Below, piece by piece: positions 13,481 to 28,570 of a stretch of 64,000 nt of DNA (position 1 is its first letter; each line of letters starts with the position of its first letter). Under the pieces are notes generated by a model. That model saw only the letters and a list, made by a program, of their open reading frames with translations, was not told the DNA's origin and searched no databases. The DNA comes from Azolla caroliniana (Eukaryota > Plantae > Polypodiophyta), in contig JBHGNT010000021.1 in assembly GCA_043228905.1 (NCBI GenBank), forward strand, positions 4,030,001 to 4,094,000, written 5' to 3'. Made by a program: the position numbers and the translations under genes.

Positions 13481-14527
13481 TCACGAGAGATGGAAATACA
13501 TAAATAGAAGGAAGAGAAAATAATCTACTGCTTCTACTACTTCTTCTTCTTCTTTTGGCGGTGCCCAATATATGTACATACATATACCTTAGTAGGACAT
13601 ATGAGACACTGGTTTTCTTGTCACATTAGCGAGAATGATTTAACTGTTTGGTCATTTGGATCTTTACCATTTGCCTTGCTTGAAAGCTCGAGTGAGTGAT
13701 CGAGCCATCTCTTAGTAGGGGGGAATTCATTGGAACATCAGCATGGGATAATATAATCCATGCCCATTGGAAAAAAGACTACTGAATGAATGCGATCAGA
13801 TTGTCATATATTTTTATAGCTTAGTTGGACTAAGCATGGAAAGGTAACACGTAAAACTCTTGTAACTGGTAGAATAAACCGATTGTGGTGATCAACAATT
13901 ATAAAACTGGGAGGGCAACCCTTATCTTATTGCTCAGGAACACGACGGCTGTGTATTCATTCATCAAACTATACAAAAGTCCCACCAAAGGCATGCGTGA
14001 TTTATTACACGACGGCCATGTATTCATTCATCAAGCTATACAAAGTCCCACCACTAAAAACAAAGGCGTGCACGATTTTACGAATCAATAAGGAGCACCT
14101 AGCGCTGTTATTATTATAAAAGATCAGTGTTGTTTAATCGAGGATGGCCCATAACCACGTATCAGGGGAAAACATACGGATCTCATCCGAGACTGCTTCT
14201 TCTTTTCTCCTAAAAAGCTAGTGTCCTCGGGATGGGATGGGAAGATCGGAATGGATTGGAAGGGACGGCAGCAGGTGTGAAACGGACATTCATTGATTCT
14301 CATTAAAAAAGCCCATTATTAGAATGGGGCAGGTGTGAAACGGACATTTCATTCATTCTCATTTTAAAAAAGCCCATTATTAGAATTTAGAATGGCGGCG
14401 GCGGCGTCTTCTGGCTGGCTCTCCATTCCTCTCTATTGCCTCTGCGTATGTACATATTTGCCTCCTTTGGCCTAGCCATGGTGTCCGCTCTGCGCTGAAG
14501 CCCACAGAAGAAAAAACGCAGACGACG

Positions 14528-15856
14528 ATGGGCCTTCTATCCAACCGCATCTCTCCGCAGGATCTGCGCCCAGGAGATCACATTTATTCCTGGCGATTCG
14601 CATACTCCTACGCTCACCACGGTATGGTTTTCTTCATTACGTATATACCATTTTTGCAGTTCTGCCATACCTGCATATGGATATGGCCATCATCTATATG
14701 CATCGGTCCCCATGCCTGTGTTCGGTATGGTATGGCTTGTGTGTCTCTGATCGTTTTAAATATTTAAACCTTAAATCCAAGCCCTAAACCCTCTTGGTAA
14801 TCACACTTTCCAATGTGAGATGCGGAAGAAATCCGAAGCCTTTGTTCCGAAGCCGAGATTATTGGGAAATCATCGATGTAAATGAATCCACTTGTCGAAT
14901 ACTAGAGGTCTGTGATTGGCGGCTCTTCGTCCTACCAACGCTGCATGCGGCGGCCTCCCCCAATGGTAATTTCATATGAATGGTTACCCACTGAGCTTGC
15001 GATGAATGCCGTGAACATGGATCATGCGGTGTTATTATCGAGCGTTGAACATTGAGCTGGAGAAAGAGTGTTGCTGTCACATGTTTTCACTGCTGTGTGT
15101 TAATTAGGAAGGGAGGATTGTTATTGTTATTGATCAGACCCCTCTTATCCTTCACATGCAGGCATTTACATGGGAGAGAACAAGGTAATCCATTTCACCC
15201 GAGCCCAAGGTCAGGAACTTGGTACAGGAACTGCTGTCGATCTGCTTCTTTCAAGCTCCATGCCCAGAATTCATCATTCAGACTCATGTGAAGATTGTGG
15301 CCCAAATGCTAATGACAATGGAGTCTTGCTCTCATGCCTGGACTGTTTTCTATCGGGTTATCCCCTCTATCTTTTTAAGTATGGAGAAAGTGCAGCCATT
15401 TTCTTGGCAAAAGCGAGGGGTGGGACATGTTCGTTGGCCTCATCGGATACACCAGATGTTGTGTTGCATCGGGCACGCTGCCTCCTGGGTAGGGGATTCG
15501 GTTGTTATGACATATTCAAGAATAACTGTGAGGATTTTGCAGCATACTGCAAGACAGGCCTAGTGATCATGCACGGGAACACAATAGGGTCAAGTGGGCA
15601 GGCCATATCCTTCCTTGGGGCTCCTCTAGCAGCCCTTTGCTCCTCTGTGTTCAAACTATTCATGGGAGCATCGCTTGGTACATTGGTTCCTACAGCTGGT
15701 ATGTATTGCATGAGTAGGTACTGTGCTGATCTTGGCAATAGGAAGGATGTGGTTAAGGTTGCCGTGGAGGATTTGATTGCTCAAGAGGATTTGGGTGCTC
15801 GATTCCGTGTAGTCCCAGTTGGCATCGCCCAGGATCTCATTAATAAGCCTTCATAG
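14528..15856 (+). CDS. NC/LRAT-domain protein (PSE1/LEAD-SENSITIVE 1-like, NlpC/P60 superfamily), about 262 aa, 2 exons
   Basis: Exon 1 14528-14621 (MGLLSNRI..LRPGDHIYSWR.AYSYAHH). GT-AG intron 14622-15161. Exon 2 15162-15856 (GIYMGENKVIHF, SCLDCFL, FLAKARGGTC, catalytic NNCEDFA.YCKTGL, RYCADLG.RKDVVKV). Confidence 0.92.
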
Positions 15857-18363
15857 GGGACTTTTGGAATCTTCCTAATGGTAGGTTCTTATCAGCTGAT
15901 CATAGAGATTTCATAAGTGCATTTGGTTATTGAAAAAGGATTTCATCAGTGCACATTTTTATTGTGTCTAGAAAAATTTCATCATCACATATTATTACTT
16001 ATGGTGGTAGATTTGAGTGCATTCAAATTGGTTTTGTAGAATTTCATCTGTGCATATTATTATTGTTGTTGTTATATTATCCTATGGATTTCATCATTCT
16101 AAAAGTTTATTTATCTGGTAGACTTCATTTGAAGCCATGTATATGGACTCTTTTAACTGATGGAAAGTGATGATAACTTAATCTGCAAGAAATGGAATAA
16201 TTGTCTTCCCTTTCTCAGTGGGCACATGGTATTGCAAGTGATTTCTTTTTTTTATTTGATATGATCTTCTATGCGCACTTAGATTTCACCTATCCCTGGA
16301 AACCCTGTCACCCTCAGTTATCCAGGAGTCTTAAGATAATCATCAGCCTCGTTATTGACAAGTTAAAGTCCATCGTCACTCAGTTTATTCCATCTCAAAG
16401 ATGGAGAGGTGCTTTCCTCGCGTAGGATATTTCTCAACCTTGGAGATATTTCGATTGCAGTTGTCTCAGTTCTGCTAAACCCTAGTTATATCTAAGATGA
16501 CACATCGTTTAAAGATATTTCTCAATCTTGGAGATATTTTGATTGCAGAAGTTCTCTGAATTTTGCCAAGCCCTAATTGTATCTAAGATGAGACATCGTT
16601 TTAATGTAATCATCTTAACAGTTTCATAGTTCATTTTCACCTCTTCAAACATGTGAATGTATTTTCCTTTTTCTCTCCAAAATAATGAAATAAAAATTAG
16701 TTTTAAAGATGGAGAAGTTTACTGATCTTATTGAGTGTAGGTATATTTTAACTTGCAAGGTTTTGAATCTCTATTCTAGATTGATCCATGCTTCCCTTGC
16801 TGAATCAACAAATGCTGGAGATATTTCGAAAACAGAATTTACAATGTATTTGACTTGGGAACCTTGTATTGTTTAGTCTTTTTAATTTTTAATCGGTGAC
16901 ATTTATTCTGTTTCTCAAAAGACGGGACAATGTTTTAAGATGTAACCTCTTGTTGGGTTGTATATAGGCCATTTTGGCCTCTTAAACAATGCATATATAT
17001 ATCTTTATTTCTATAGAAATGAAACTATAATGTTATACAATATGATATACGTTCTTTAATCATTCCCACTCGAAGAGTGGCATGCCATTTGTTTCATTAG
17101 AAATGTTCATCCAGAGCAATTAATCCCACTAGGTGAATGATGGAGAAAATTGAAGAAAATTCAGTTTGTGATAAACAGTTTTGCATCAACTTATACCTCA
17201 TAATGAATTGTTCAGTAAACTAGTGGAAATGACAGCCTGAATTCAAAAACTGTTTCCAAACAGAATTGATTCTCCACATTTTAGCCAGCAACAAAAATTG
17301 GCTCCGGCCCACTTGTATGGATCTTTGCAAGTACAGCCCAACATTCTCAAGAGTGTTGTTTGAAATAACATAATCTCATTGGAGTTCTTTATAAAACAAT
17401 GTAATCTTCGATTTAGTCCTTTATAAAATAATTGTATCAGAATATTCATATACTTCCAGGCCTTTGCATGTCTTATTTATAGCTTCTTTTTAGTTGCAAA
17501 AGATTGGGTTTATCCGTCTTGATTCTTGCCCAAAATTGTCTTTCTTTAACATCTACTTTTTGGGAGCATATGGAGTGGCAGGACCGATAGCAATGGCAAA
17601 TTGGGTCTTCCATATCTTCGATCCACAACGAAGGTGGGCATCCCTCTCCACGTTGGGCTTCATCTTTATCAATGTGGTTTATAGCATCACACAAGTAGCT
17701 CTGCACAAATTTTGGAGTGCAAGCATTGTGGAAGTTTGTGTATGTTGAAATGCTTAGATGTGCTGCAAGTCTGATATAAGCAGGTCACAAGAACGTGAAC
17801 ACAGAAAAGGGCTGAAATGTAAAGGTTGACAAATAGATTGTCAACCAAACATCAACTTTGATTCCATATAAACATGTTCTGGTACATTGCTCATTAACAC
17901 TTATTCTTGCTAGGTGAAAATAATGAATCTGAACACACACTTATGGCATATTATTACTCATTTAAGTGCTGCTGTACCTTAGCCAGGACTTTCACATTGA
18001 ATAAGGACAATTTGATTCCATATATATATGTTCTATTTACACAATGAGGTACATTGCTCATTAACACTGTCTTATTCCTGCTTGATGAAAATAATGAATA
18101 TGAATACATACAAAATTGGCATATTAAGATTCCCTTAAGTGCTGTTGTACCTTAGCCAGAACTTTCACATGGAAGAATGCCAAGAATGGGAGTGAACTGG
18201 TGCAATGACAGGCTCTGATAATGCCATGAGACCGAGGAGAATATCGTGTAGCCATGATACATAACTCCTATTTCTACAGAGTTGCTATGATAATATTTTC
18301 CTTTGATCACATTCAGAGGGCTTATGCTTAACCAAAAGTTCCACATAACATCGTTAGAAGATC

Positions 18364-21300
18364 TCAGGTTAGGCACTCCTCTGGGTTTGCATAGAAGTAG
18401 TCCTCTTCTTTTGGGCTATCAGGTATTGCATTCCTCCTCCGCGGAGCACCCATCTCAAGGTTGTGATTTTCCTTCACCCTCCGAGAGAATGCATCCCAAT
18501 CCAAGAAACCATTGCTATATTCATCAACAAGTTCCACAAGTTTCTTACGATCCGGTAATATAGTTTTCTTGAAGCCCAAAAATCTGTAGCATATGCATTA
18601 GTACTGTATAAAATAAAGGATACAACAAAAGCACATTAATGCTATGCTTAAACACTAGTATTACCTGCGATGACCTTCAACCACTTTCGCCATGTTCCCG
18701 TTATATGTTGGCAAGAAAACATCACTTGCAAGTGCAACCAAATAATCAATTGCAGCCATTTGAGAAGAATGATTTTGGACATACTTCAGATCTTCTGGAC
18801 TCAAAATAACCTCCTTTCTTACCTGCATATTCCAAAAGTGCTATCAGAATGGAAGGTACTCAGACACATAAAATACAACATTCATTTTTCCCACTAAATT
18901 TAGATCATTTACACTATCATTTGCTGTGGGCATCCTAATGGTCTAAATTAGATTTTTCGAAGAGCAGCAAACATAAAGAGACTCCCTTGTCAGATGCTAC
19001 CACTAAACAAGTGTTATCTGTGATACTTTAAGGTAATTTCGAAAACATGGAGCCCCAAATTTGATACAAGAAGTTTAGATTTTACTCTTAGTTTAAAACT
19101 CGCCCATTATTATTTTATTTGCGTTGATAAGAGTAGTGACATGAAACAAGGTTCATCAGGATTGTGGAAACTGATATAGTTATTGAGTCCTTGGATTGTT
19201 TTAGCCACTGGACTTTTTTAATGACATTTTAAAAAACATCATTGTAAATATTATCATTAAGTGTGTTTAAACTGTTTTTTCCTGAATGACCATGTATGTC
19301 CAGTGATAAGACCCATATACAAAACAAATGTTAAGCAGACATTATTTTGGGTTGCAGTGAAAAGTTGAACTCCATTAGTAACCCGACAATCCCATAGAAA
19401 GCATTGACCTCTACAGTTTATATTCATTCGTTCATTATCTCCTGGTAAGCTTAAGACTTACAGTGTTTGGGTAGGTTGCATATAATGGACCCATTCTCCT
19501 CTGACTCCCATAAATCTCACCAGCAGCAATATAAATTTGTGTGTCCTCCTTAATGCCTAGTCCTTGTAGAAAAAGCACTGTTTCTTCAGGTGTTAGTGGA
19601 CAAAGACCATCAAGACGCTTTTGTTCTGAATCTATAACTTTCTCTTTCCACCATGGATAAGCATACCTATTAATTACCATAGTGACAGTCAAGACGACTC
19701 TGTCAATCAATGGAATTAAAATACACAGAAGTCTCTGAAAACAGTTGTATGAATAGTTCCAACCTCATTGTAGTGAGATTATCTGCTTCTGTGTCAGTGC
19801 AACCATGTGTGCATCCAGAAAAAGCCAGCATATCCATCTCATATCGCAAATGGAGTACCAAGAAAGGCCCTTTAGCTTGTAAATATTTCACTATCTTTTG
19901 ACCTAGCTCTTCAATATGATGTGTGAACTTGAGTGCTTCAAGGTTCACTCTACAACGCAGCTTTTGCATTTCTAAAGGAAGACCATTATTTGCTAGCCGG
20001 GTGTCTGTTTTGCTAAAATGAAGAACCTTTTGCTTCTTTATCAAAGGAAGTATCTGCTTGAAAGATTTGCAATGTGGACAAGAATTAGCGAGGCAATTAA
20101 AACAATTTCCTACTAAAAAGTAGACAGCAATAATAAACTTGTGCACAAACCTGGTTTAGATAGTAGGATGCATTAGACCAGCTGACCGGAGGCATGGACA
20201 TTATGTCACCTGCCACAATTTTTTCATGATACTTAGAGGGGAGCTTTTTAAGTATCCTCACTTCATTGCGTAATGAATCGATAAAATGATCAGCATTAAA
20301 AATGTCCCCAAAATCACTGCAAATTGGAGAAGAATAAGATGATTAAACTGGAAACCAGAACACGTAGACATTAAAGTTAAATATTAAATATAATCATATT
20401 AATATGACTGAGAGTAGAGCTTTAGAAACAGATTAACATAATCTTTCGTTCTTGCTTAGAGCAAGCAGGGGGAAAAAGTCAAGGGGATAGTTTTCAATAT
20501 GGGAATATTCATTTCATAGAAGATTACAGATTTATAATCATGAATACTTTTAAGTGATCGTTTCAACAATGTTTTCAGAGATGTTCCACGTACGAATTTC
20601 AAATACACAATCTTTGGAGCAACACATGCAATTCATATTTTAATGAGATGGAAAAGTACAAAAAGACTGATTGAGCAGTATATAAGCAAGCACATGATTG
20701 TACTGTGACCTTGACCTAAAGAAACCTAATGGCGATGAAATACTTCATGCCCTTGTGGTATGGCCAATCATTGCCCCAAAAGCCCAATGAGCATTTAATA
20801 AAATGTACTTCACCATTGCGTGTAGAATTCCTATATAACAAAGAACACGACAAGTGTATGAAGCAAATAAGAGAAATGCTGATGCATTGGAATACACAAC
20901 CTAAGAGACCAAGTTTATACACGTTAAAAGTTGCAAGCCTAGAGATCTCACTGGTAAGGAAGGAGAAGGCCTAAATAAGGTAATCCCACAAACTGACATC
21001 CTTATTCTTCAAGATCCATGAGAGCATGATGTATATTGATTCCCATTTATTGAGGATTACGTAATGCACTCTCACACAAGCTGACATACTTACTCTTTGA
21101 GAGATATGAGGGCATCATACATGTCAAGTCCCATAGGTTGAGGGCCATGTCATCCACTCTCCGACAAGCTAACATACATATTCTTCAAGACACAGAAGAG
21201 AGTGATGCATGTCAACTCCCATATATGGAGGGCTATGTAATGTACTCACTCAATGGGGATGCTACATATGAGAATGAGAGAACAAAAATTGCAACTATGT

Positions 21301-23496
21301 TCAAAGTCAAACTTCAAGTTCCAAGTTGCGACTGTAGATTTCATTGGAAAGAGAGGAGATGGCCTAAATAAGGTAAACCTACGATTGTTGAGGAGCAAGA
21401 CAAAATAAGGTACTCCCACAAGCTAAAATACTTATTCTTCAAGTCACATGAGATCATGATGCACTTCATCTCCAATACATCGCTGGTTATATCACCCAGT
21501 CAATGAACATGACAATGAGATATTAAGGATTCAATTATTTTTGTAGTCAAACTACATGACACAATCACTACTTGTAAATAAGAGATGCATGCAGGTAAAG
21601 ATTGATGCAACATGTACACCATTTACAAAGGGCTGGTTGTTTCCACACAAAGGATCATGTTACTATCATGCTTTTGCATTAGACAAGGATGTATGAAAGT
21701 TGTTAAATATGTAAAGTGAAAGTGTTGGTTATAAAAAAGATCTGGATGCAAGGATTGAACAAATGAAGCCCGAAATCATTGACAACCCACTACAACCATA
21801 TCTGCATAGTTTGTCAATGCGCCTGATTTGACCTATTTGTCTTCATTTTTTTTCCATTTGTTTTCTTATAGATACCCACATGTCACATCAGGGGGGTGGC
21901 TCAGGCTTTAATTTCTCTCAACTGGCCCTCTTTTTTCAATTTTTTTTTGTTATTAACCTTCCCTAATGATAAGCTATTGGACTACCAACAAAGGTCTTGC
22001 ATTCAAAGACCTATTTTCACACATCATTATTGCATGATATACTGTTGCTAATTTACCAGATGATATTGTCAATGTAGGGATTGAATGCGTAACATTTGCT
22101 CTGTTTTTTCATCTCAAAACTGGCCCTTCTTCTCCCTCAAAACACATTTTTCTACCTATTGCTCCACTCCCATTAGAGCTGCCTTGTTTTCCACTCTACA
22201 AACATACTATCTTTTAATTCTCTACCCCCCTCCATGGGCCGGCCTCTATCAAAAATTTGTTTCCCGAAACCTCCTTTCTTCTTGAACGCCTCTTTTCTGT
22301 ATCTAGCATCCCCCCTTTTTCGTCACTAAACTAATCTGTACTCGGTCTATTGAACTAGAACTTGGCATTCTCCATCTGTTTCTTCTTAACAAATCATATT
22401 CATCTTTTGTAGCCCCATCTAGTCAATTCAAACTTTCCATACTCAGCTAAGCATTTTTTGTGATTGGGGAATCTCTCTCCCTTAAGGGAAAGCAGTATAA
22501 TTTTGTTGTGTGGCAAGCACTTTTTAGAAAAGTATTAAACTAAGAAACTACAACTCTCCGTTACAATCTTGGCTTTCGTCTTCATTATTACTATATTTGA
22601 GTTATAGTAGTCCACGGGATGACAGTAAATGAAAGATTACCTGGGATCAGCCCAAAATGAAGTTTTGTCAAGTTCTGGAACAATCAAGGTCAAGTTGAGA
22701 AGCCTGGCCACCGCTACCATGTCACAAATCTGTCGGTATTAAAGAACCAGGAAAACGCAAGCGTGAGGAAAGTGTACCAAACAGGATAACCATGTTATAT
22801 ACATAGAAGATATATAATGACAGGAAGCACTTACTGCAGCACGCATTTGGTTGAGGCCTCCATTACAAGAAACCATCAAGTAACCATTACTTTTATACTT
22901 TCCTGACAACACTCAGCAGGAACGAGCAAAAGACACAGATATTAGAGAGGCATAATTATAAGGAGGCATTATCAGTTTAGGGAAAGGTAAAGTTCAAGGA
23001 TTGAGAAATAGCTTAATATACTTGTTAGAGGAGGCTTAATGGAAGAGACCAGAGAAGGCAAAATCGCAGCATTATCAGATGCAGGATCTGACAAACTCGA
23101 AGAAGAAGAAGAGGAAGAGGAAGAGGAAGAGGAAGCGGAAAGAAGCTTTACATTGTTGTTAGTGTAACCAAAACGGATATCATTATTCTGATCGAGGCAG
23201 GAGGGCCAACCCTTCAAGAGGAGAAGATTAGGGTGCCATGAGAGCTGTGCAAGTGCCATTAGCTGAATAAGGCAAGTCCACAGAAGGATACTACTACTCA
23301 GACGAATCAGCCAAACATGAAGGCGAGAGCGTTGCACTGTTCTCGCACTATTATTACTTCGGGCACTGCCTCCTCCTACCCCTGTATTATAATAACTACT
23401 ATTAATTCCTCCATCCAGGCTAGTTGTTACATGTCCAGCTTCAAGGGAGTTCAGGTCGACCGGATGATCTTGCAGCCATAACTGATCCCCCGCCAT
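18364..23496 (-). CDS. GT106 / plant O-fucosyltransferase-family protein, RG-I rhamnosyltransferase (RRT)-like, about 556 aa, 8 exons
   Basis: Exons 23496-23022, 22902-22835, 22729-22641, 20316-20151, 20053-19764, 19666-19462, 18822-18665 and 18583-18364 join in frame through GT-AG introns. Motifs: [112 protein letters not shown]. Confidence 0.93.
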
Positions 23497-26400
23497 AGAT
23501 TTTCTATCAGATGCTTATTATTATTATAAAAGCCTTGGATATTCATCGCACAAACGTGAGCAAAATGTTCAACCAGGTTACACAGAAATTCCAAGTAATA
23601 GATATACTTCTTTCTATATCTCGATATTTATTATGAGGTTCCATGGCTGAGGGGTATTCCATCGCAGATGTATCAACCTTGATCTGTTTCTACAGTTTCA
23701 TATTTCATTGTTAGCGGAAGCAGACTTGAACGTTTTAGGTTACAGATCCCTTAGTGGAATTTGGAAAAGTAATGCGATAGGAACATGATAGTGTGCTGCT
23801 GTGAATGGATCGACAGAAGAGGGCCGAGAAATCTGTGGCTCGGCATGATGGAGAGGAGAGCGCTTTCTTGGCGTGGAAACGGACTTTCTGCACCCGCAGC
23901 TTCGGCGTCAGTTCCACAGCATCTGATTCTCTGGTCTCTCGGTCGATCTCGAAAGCACAGACAATTGAATGGTGTTCACGTGGGGCGCGGGAAAAGACAG
24001 GAAAAAAGAAAACAAAAACAGTACAAAAACGGGGAGAAGGAGGGCGTGGCTGTGACAAGAAAAGGTCCCCCAACTGCGTCGATCAAAGAACAAATGAAGG
24101 AAGGTAGATTACAGAGAAAAAGCTATGGCGGATTCCGTCTGCACATGAAGGAAGGTAGATTACAGAGAAAAGCTATGGCGGATTCATCTGCACATGTAGA
24201 GTATAGACACAGATTATTGGCTCTGCTGAGAGTACGGTATACATACATACATACATACAAGAAAGACTCAGCGTACAACGCGTTTTTTCTTCGTCCCACC
24301 GTAGACCCTTCTCTTCTCTTCTTCTTCTCTTCTATTCAAAGGAATACGGTCGTCTGTATGTATAATGGAGATATACATACGATTAGGATCGTATAATTTT
24401 ACATATACATACGTTTACTGTTGTATATCATTCACATATACATATATATGAATACGGTCGGTCGTATACTTGTATTGGTATACATTGCATATATTCGAAT
24501 ATGGTTGTATCAATTACATATATACAAATACGGTCGCATACCTTATATACGAATACACCTTCAATACCCTTCACCATACCTAATGTATCGAATATACACC
24601 TTCAATACCCTTCACGGGAACAACCCAATATCACCATGGTTGGCTTGGCCGTCGATTTGTCTTGACCATATGTTGGGATCGTTGGGCATCCTCACCTTTT
24701 ATAGAGTTGTGTGTGTGTGTGTGTGTGATGATTTCCATTCCTGCTAAGTTGATCATACCATTGTAATGACACATAGCGCACAACTAGAAGCATAATGTCA
24801 TCGTGATTGGGCACACTCTGGGCCACACTTTTACAAGTCCCTATATGGTCCAAGGAACACGAATACGAGAGATCTTAGGGCAATCACGATTTAGCAAAGG
24901 GCTTACTATGACTATTCATCATTTTCTCGGCTCTCTCTCCTGAGTGAGAAGCTCTGGCAAGAAAGAAAAAATATATTATGCTACTTTGTGGGCATCCTTA
25001 AAGCATTTGACACAATGCCATGAAAGAAACTAACGATGTGATTACATGTCACTGGAGTGTAGGAGAATATATGATTTAATTGAGATTATTACAAGGAGAA
25101 TATGAGCACCAAATGGACAACCCAATATTGTATAATAAAGTACCATTGGAATGAAGTAAGGATACATAGATGATCTACCAACATGTTTGGAGCAGGAAGG
25201 GCAAAGTTAGACCAACAAATGTGGTGATGTTTACATTGTTCGATGTCGACAATGTCATGCCCATTTCAAAGAATCATAAGGGCTTCAAAAGCTCACGAAT
25301 TCTCGTCACTCTTTTTATGAAGATAGAGATACCAACATTTTTTAGTTGAAATTTGCCTTTCCACTATTTTCCAAGTAGTGACATTCATATGAAAATGGTG
25401 GAACCTACCCGTGGCATGTACTTATGACTTGCTCTCACTCCCTTGATAAATTTGGGTAGGCTTGCATAGCATGCAATGCTGGACATACAATTGCAAGAAT
25501 TTGGATATATATATATATATATATACAATGTTGGTAAGTGCTCAAATTAGTACTTGATTATCTTGCATGGCATGCATATAGACAATATAATTCCTTTGAC
25601 TAGTCACTACCCTATAGATTGCCTTAATTTATGACACATTACCATACCCACTTTCTCAAGCTCTCCATTATTGGTTTCATCATCTGCCCTAATTACATGG
25701 ATACACACCTTACACACGACTAAATGTGACCGTTGGACAAACACGTATCCTCAATCGAGAAGACATGGATTAATTGCTCAAATCTCAAATCCTTGTGGCT
25801 TGAGGATAACACATTATTGTATCCACTTTTTCAAGCTCTCCCATATTGGTTTAGGGTTTACTACCATGTTAAAAGTTAGTTTACTGCCACACCCATGGGA
25901 AGAAAACAAGGCCAACAACCTAACTTGTGACACCCATGTACCACATGCCCCATAACTCACTTATGTCAAATAGAGGAGATGATAATCAATTAAGGTTACC
26001 TAACAAGATCACCTTGGAGTGAGCTTTATGACCACAAGGCTAGGAGACTCCCTATATGGAGAAAACAAAGACCCTCTCCATAAATTGATAGCAGTGATCC
26101 CAAGGCTAGAGTTTGCACTCTCACATACTAGTACAATCTAGATGAAATGTCTCATGGATCATGGAGCTTTGTGGTAAGCGAATATGATAAATTTTTTGTT
26201 TATGTATTGTTTTTTAATTTTCATTTATTAAACAAGTGAATAAATTATAAGATTTATATCATTCTAGTGTCATAGGCTGCCACATTGGTCTCTTTGGAGA
26301 CATTATTATACTTCTTCTTCTCATCTTTTGCATCAAATTTGTGGAATGTGGAGGGGGAGAAAGAATGACAAAAGGAGGAGAGAGAGAGAGAGAGAAAGAA

Positions 26401-27890
26401 AGATATATTAACGTCTTCTAAGGCCAAAATTGGCCCATGAGACGAGAGAGAGATTAAAAGTCTTCTAAGACCAAAATTAGCCCGTGCAACAAATGATTAC
26501 AATAAGGTGATGTGTAACCAATCATTGAAAATAAAATAATGAGAGAGAGAGAGAGATGTGTGTATGAATATCGTAAAAGTACGGTAAATAATCAAACATG
26601 ACAATATCAAAAGTCCTTGTGGCATCATATTTGTATTTAATTGTTTATAAATGCGGTGTGGATATCTTTAATTGATGTTTGTAAAACACCTTTCCAATGA
26701 GACTTTGAACAAGTTTGTTCACGAATAATATTATTGTCTCATTTTGTAGTTTGTGTTTGATTTGTTTTGAGGTTTCGTGGGTTATGACATAATGGTGTAT
26801 GAGGAATGACTTTGTTATTGAAGGTTCAAAGGGTGGTTGCTTTGGCAAGTTTATTTGTTGGGAAAAGTTAGGTGTTTTGGATGAAGATGAATTGCGATTG
26901 TGTAACTTGGTTGGCCACCATCCCCCCATCTCTCTCTCTATCGCATTCAAGCATTCCTTTTTCTCTCTCTCTTTTGATCTGCACTCGCACTTGTAGAAAT
27001 TTTCAATCATAGGCCCATAGTTGAACAAATAAAATAATTATATTATGCACTCATAAAATCTTCTTCTTATTGACATATACATACACCTAGTGATTCCTCA
27101 TTTCCCCACATAAAGTTTTAAATGCTATCTTGTGCGTTTCGTTTGGTTGAAGATTCTCTCGTTTCCCCACATAAAGTTTAAAATGCACTTTCTTGTGTGT
27201 TTGGTTTAGTTAGAAAGCAAGGGCATGTCATAAAAGTATAGTTGAAGGTTGTTGTTATCTTCCTAAGGAGTACCTAACAACACCATTCAGAACTTCAAAC
27301 TTATTGTTGTGGAATAAGATGAGGTGTTGTCTGAGAGGATTGAAGTGTCTTCGGGTGGACAATGGCCTAAATTGATCTTTATACATTCATGTTAGGAGAA
27401 TGATTTCACGTTGTCTTGTTGTATGCCATATGGGATTGATTCCTGGTTAGACTAGACACAGAGATATTTTTTTGATGTCCACGGGACACCGACTACAATG
27501 AAACTTTATGTTTGGTTTGCATAAAGGTTTTTGCCAAAATATTATGGAACTCCAAACAAGTGGGTACATTAATATTTTGAGTTCCCGTCTATGACCTAAT
27601 TATTTAGATGAAACAAACATGTATTTTATCACAAACATAACTTACCTCACTGTCACATTTGGACTCTTTATGTAAGAGGTTGATTATGTGTTCTATTGGC
27701 CAATGTCAGCAATCTCTTTATTTTTTACCATTTTCTTTTGTTTCATTATGTTCAACCACTAGTCTAAATCATCCTACTTTGAGGTTTTAGAATGAAGAAG
27801 AATCAAATTCATTAAATATTATAACTCTACAAGTCACCTAAGAGATATCAAACAAACACATCAACCATCTTTTAATATTACCTACTACCT

Positions 27891-28570
27891 TCTTCTTCTT
27901 CTTCTTTTTTCCAAAAAAAAACTCCTTCCATTAGTTATAAAATTTTACAAATGAGACGATTATGTACAAATCCCTGAAGGGACGCGATAGTTCCATCTTA
28001 TGTGGATGCCCACTGACTCAAGAAAGGGAGAGGACGACCATTGTTGGATGAAGGCTATTCGTTGTCTTTCAACTCCCTCGGAGCCGCCCTTAAGGCCATC
28101 ATATTGGCTCTTCAGAGTGGCTACAATTTCACTCTATATCTCTTGCAGTAACCTTGTTGGATGTGCAATTTGGTTGGAGAAGACTCGCCTACATCGTTGT
28201 TTCCATAGAATCCAAAGGGTTATTGGGTTGACCAATTCCAACACCCCTTGAGATTTTTCATTAAGAGGAGTGGAGTGGACATTGCCACTGGAGGAGAAAA
28301 GGACCTCTTGTGCTTTTATCACCAAAGTCATCACCTCCTCCTGATGCTCGTATTTGCCAATTGCGGCCTGCCATGATAGCCAACATATATTTCTCCACTT
28401 GATTGAGCCTTGCACCTGGCATAATTGCAACAAGCGGCCAACCCCCCACCATATTCGATGGGACGTCGGGCAGTCCCACAGAGCGTGTCGTATTGATTCT
28501 ACTACATGTGGGCACTCTACACAATTAGGAGAGCTAAGGTTCCCACGTTGCCATGCTCCCACCGGTAGGG
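27891..28570 (-). mobile_element. 5'-truncated LINE (L1-like ORF2 3' end)
   Basis: zf-RVT-like CVECPHVVESIRHALWDC and WILWKQRCRRVF. A-rich/(AAG)n 3' tail. 17-bp TSD AATATTACCTACTACCT at 27874-27890 and 28571-28587. Confidence 0.88.

Noticed and set aside
23735-24396. ORFs upstream of the RRT-like gene as a gene or conserved uORF
   Set aside because: Non-ATG starts or low-complexity products, with no recognisable homology.
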